Positions 47,200-50,376 of a stretch of DNA of 50,376 nucleotides are shown here, piece by piece. Under the pieces are notes generated by a model. It was not told where the DNA came from. It ran no database searches and worked only from the letters and a program-made list of their open reading frames with translations. Positions within the stretch are counted from its first letter, which is position 1. Each line of letters starts with the position of its first letter. The translations under genes and the position numbers were made by a program. This DNA comes from Craspedostauros australis (taxonomy: Eukaryota): contig JALAGF010006716.1 in NCBI GenBank assembly GCA_030167865.1, positions 1 through 50,376 on the forward strand, written 5' to 3'.

Positions 47200-48533
47200 T
47201 TACTGAACCATCATGGCTGGCAGCACCTTGTGCAGAACAGGACTGAACCATTGCTGGACGATGTCCTTCGATCCGTACCATCTCGATTCCAAGGCTTCGG
47301 ATGTGGAAGATGTGTGTTGATCGTGCTCATGTTGATGCTGGTTCTGCAGCATGGAGGTGTGGTACACGTTGTCCAAGGTGATCTGGAGATTGGAACCCTC
47401 CAGGTGCGCAAGCGGGACAGGGACGATGCCATCACCGTCCTGGTGTCCTTGACCAGATAGCAACTTGTACGACTGGTACGCAAGCATGTGATCAGCATCT
47501 GGCTGTGAGGTGATGGTGTTTGGAGAAGGGATGTGCGCTTGCTGCTGCTCGACATTCNNNNNNNNNNNNNNNNNNNNNNNNNNNNNNNNNNNNNNNNNNN
47601 NNNNNNNNNNNNNNNNNNNNNNNNNNNNNNNNNNNNNNNNNNNNNNNNNNNNNNNNNNNNNNNNNNNNNNNNNNNNNNNNNNNNNNNNNNNNNNNNNNNN
47701 NNNNNNNNNNNNNCCGAGCGTGACGATTCCCAGAATGCTGTCGATGTCAATCTGCAGATCCTTGCCGTTGGTGTCATCCATTCCGTATCCGACAGCGGCT
47801 CTGTTTGTTGGATGGAGGCGAATGATGAATAGTGAATGTGATGATGTGTGGAGGGAGAACGCGAGTGTTGATAGTGTGAGTGAAATGAATGGAGTAGAGC
47901 ACAGTAGCAGTCGCACAGAAGCAGTTGCACAAGAGCAAAGCCGTGCCAAACTCACCTTGCGAGCCAGCCACCGGCGGAGTGTCCCACCAGGATAATCTTG
48001 GCGGTCGTGCCTTCCTCCTTGGCGACATCCTGGATTCTCTTGACCTCCTTGGCCACCTTCTGAAGGTACCATCGGTACGCCCACTTGGTCGCTGGTGCCT
48101 TGAAGGTCATGAAGTCGAGATCGCACATGCCGAACGCGATGGTCTGTGCCCAATCATGTCGCTGGAGTGGCAGGACGTGAATGTGATCCATTGCGTTGGT
48201 CATGTCGTCGTTGGTCATATCGTTGTCGTTGTTGTTGTTGTCATTGCCCCACCATCCAGCGTCGATGGCTTGCTGTGCGATGTTGGGAACAAGGTCATCG
48301 ACGTAGTCGCTGGCTGCGGTTGCGAAGCCTGGNAGAACGAGGACGTGCGTTTGCTGTGGATTGATGTGAGTTGCCGTGGCGGCTGGCGGCGGTCCTTGTC
48401 GTGTGTGTGTGGTTGATGTTTTTGACGCCGATGGAGTGTTGTGTGTCACCCACGCTTGGCAGTTTGTGATGGAGTTGCACAGACACAGCAGCGTGAGTGC
48501 GATGAGTGCCGTCGTGTTGTTGTATGCTGTCAT
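47200..48533 (-). CDS. Alpha/beta-hydrolase (lipase / PGAP1-like), probably plastid-targeted; 2 exons (48533-47956, 47800-47200) spanning an N gap
   Basis: VLVxPGF oxyanion motif, IILVGHSAGGWLAR nucleophile elbow, GIVTLG, GDGIVP (acid), DNVYH (His), WYGS. Intron GTGAGT (47955) to AACAG (47801). Signal peptide ending CQA|WV. Confidence 0.85.
47558..47713. other. Assembly gap (others at 34001-34050 and 35077-35105)
   Basis: Runs of N. Confidence 0.99.
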
Positions 48534-50376
48534 TGCGGTTGCTGTTATTGTTGTTCTTCTTCTGCGTTGGGTGCCCTTGTTGGATTGTGTTGTGTGTGTG
48601 GAGCGGATGTATTCTCTTGATTGTTGTTGCTGTTGTTGTTGTTGTCGCGGTTTATGGAGTGGATGGATTTGTATTTTGTGAGAGGAAGGTCGAGCCGCTT
48701 TGTTTTGCTTTGCTTTCCCACAGACACCACAAGAGGATGAAGAAGATGCCAGCTTGCCGACCCAAGAGCGGCAACCTCCGCAATCTGTCATACAGGTTCC
48801 AGTCATGGAGTGCAGAGAACACAACACCCTGGAGCAGTCTCAACCACACTTCCATCCCCAAGCATTGGTCTTGTTCGGCACACAGGAAATAGAGGTGGGA
48901 CCACAAGCAGCGAGTACCGCAAAACACACGAAGTTGTGGCGTCGTGTGGTGAAAGTGAGCTTCACTGGACGTTTGGAAACATGAACACCGGTTTGTCATG
49001 AATTCGTTGCCACGTCCATCCTTGATGGCCAATCAGAAGCCTCTATCAGTCTTCCGTCAACACAACTTCAATGGTCTCACACGCAACCACGAATAGCACG
49101 TTACGAAAGACAACATGGCCTTCTCCCCACACAAAGAACAACAACAACCCGAGATGCACAGTTGGGTGTGTTGGTCGCGAATGACTTATCCTGCCCATAC
49201 TAACTGATAATTGGTTCTCGGAGAAACCCCATAAATCCGCAAATATCATCATCATTGCGCTACGAGTACTCAAGAGAACAAGAACAAGACAACAGGTCCT
49301 TCACGACTCAACCAGTTCACATTTTCACCAAACAAGATGGAGCAAACTGGTTGCAGAGCAACTGCAGAGAGGAGGATGGATCGCCTGCATGGTATGCATG
49401 GCGAAGATGGTGTTGGTCTGTATGATTGGATCCGTATCACCTTGATGATGCTGATGATGATGATGATGATGATCAGAAGCACGCAAGATGAGGCATTGTC
49501 GCCAGTCTATCACTGTGCGCGGGTCTGTGTTCTCGCATTTGCAGTTGCGGATGCTTCCGCAGTCGCCCGTCACGACTGTACGTCATACTCGGACTCAAAT
49601 AACGAAGCACACAGAGTAGCTGGTCTTCAAGTGTCGCACGATTGGTGATGGTGCTCAAGTTGATGTTCCCTGTCAATGCTCCCTCATCACGAAAGCTGCT
49701 GGACTACTGGGTTGCATGTGCATGCTTCGACCATGTGTCGGTCGTCTGTGTGGATGATGAGACGTGCGCATCTGTCGGAGTATGAATACATGGTGAGAGA
49801 GAAGAGGAGGAAGGATGGCACGATCAGGAGGATGTCCATGGTTCGGACTTGCAGCACTCGAGTATCGTGCTGTTTTGTGTTGCTTGGTGTGATGGCGCCC
49901 ATGGACTGGTCTGTATGGTATTGCATTGCCTCGTGGCTTGGCGTTGCCGGTGTCTGTAGCTGTGTGATCGCTGACGAACATTTCACCATCCCTCACTCTG
50001 CCTTTGCTTGCCCGAAGTATGTGGTGTGTGATTTGATTTGATTTGATTTGGGATTGGGATCGCCACACAAGACCAACCTCTCCCCACTCACCGGTGTTGT
50101 TGCATCATTGCTCTTGCCTTGTTCGGGCCTGGTTGAGTGTTTGTGTGTGGGCACCAATTGTTCGCCGTTGGTATGAACTGTATGGACTGATGGATGATGT
50201 GTTTCGGCAACCAACCAGATCACTCCTTCACATTTCGGGATTGGCAATCGAGTTTCGTGGGGAGAACGGAGACGATAAGTAACGATTGGTCGAACTGGTG
50301 GCGTTGCTGTGAATGGCGATTCTGCATGGAGTATCATGACTCCAACACCCACGTGTTGTTCTTCTCCCTCTGTACA

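Noticed and set aside
48600..50376. Short ORFs at the right end of the window
   Set aside because: Microsatellite-rich with no motifs; treated as intergenic or UTR.

Overview
Eukaryotic nuclear DNA, not prokaryotic: GT-AG introns, microsatellites and N gaps. It is most likely from a diatom. This is inferred from signal peptides ending in ASAFAP-like A|F and A|W motifs, a CPF1-type photolyase, RXL motifs and PTxxPT/PSxxPS stalks. Positions 1-24.9 kb hold ordinary single-copy genes: CPF1/(6-4) photolyase (cut by the window edge), a plastid-type NAD(P)-binding protein, a hyper-acidic type II membrane protein, SF3B5, an ankyrin-like protein, two convergent GNAT acetyltransferases (one NAA60-like), a small hypothetical gene and a decayed secreted-protein gene. 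Positions 25.0-44.8 kb are a tandem array of an approximately 7.75-kb multi-gene unit carrying four copies of an ankyrin / coiled-coil / BTB-BACK gene. Only copy 2 is full length. The other three keep an open ankyrin ORF but are broken just after it. The 19 ankyrin units (102 bp, 34 aa) have an almost invariant DNA framework but are hypervariable at the binding-surface positions. Repeat numbers differ (6/3/6/4) and the copies are recombinant mosaics. The best candidate for a new system is this natural DARPin-like library of putative Cullin3 adaptors or decoys. Passenger genes in the unit are dead, largely through C-to-T nonsense changes. A plastid-type alpha/beta-hydrolase lies at 47.2-48.5 kb. 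All calls come from manual reading; no database searches were run.
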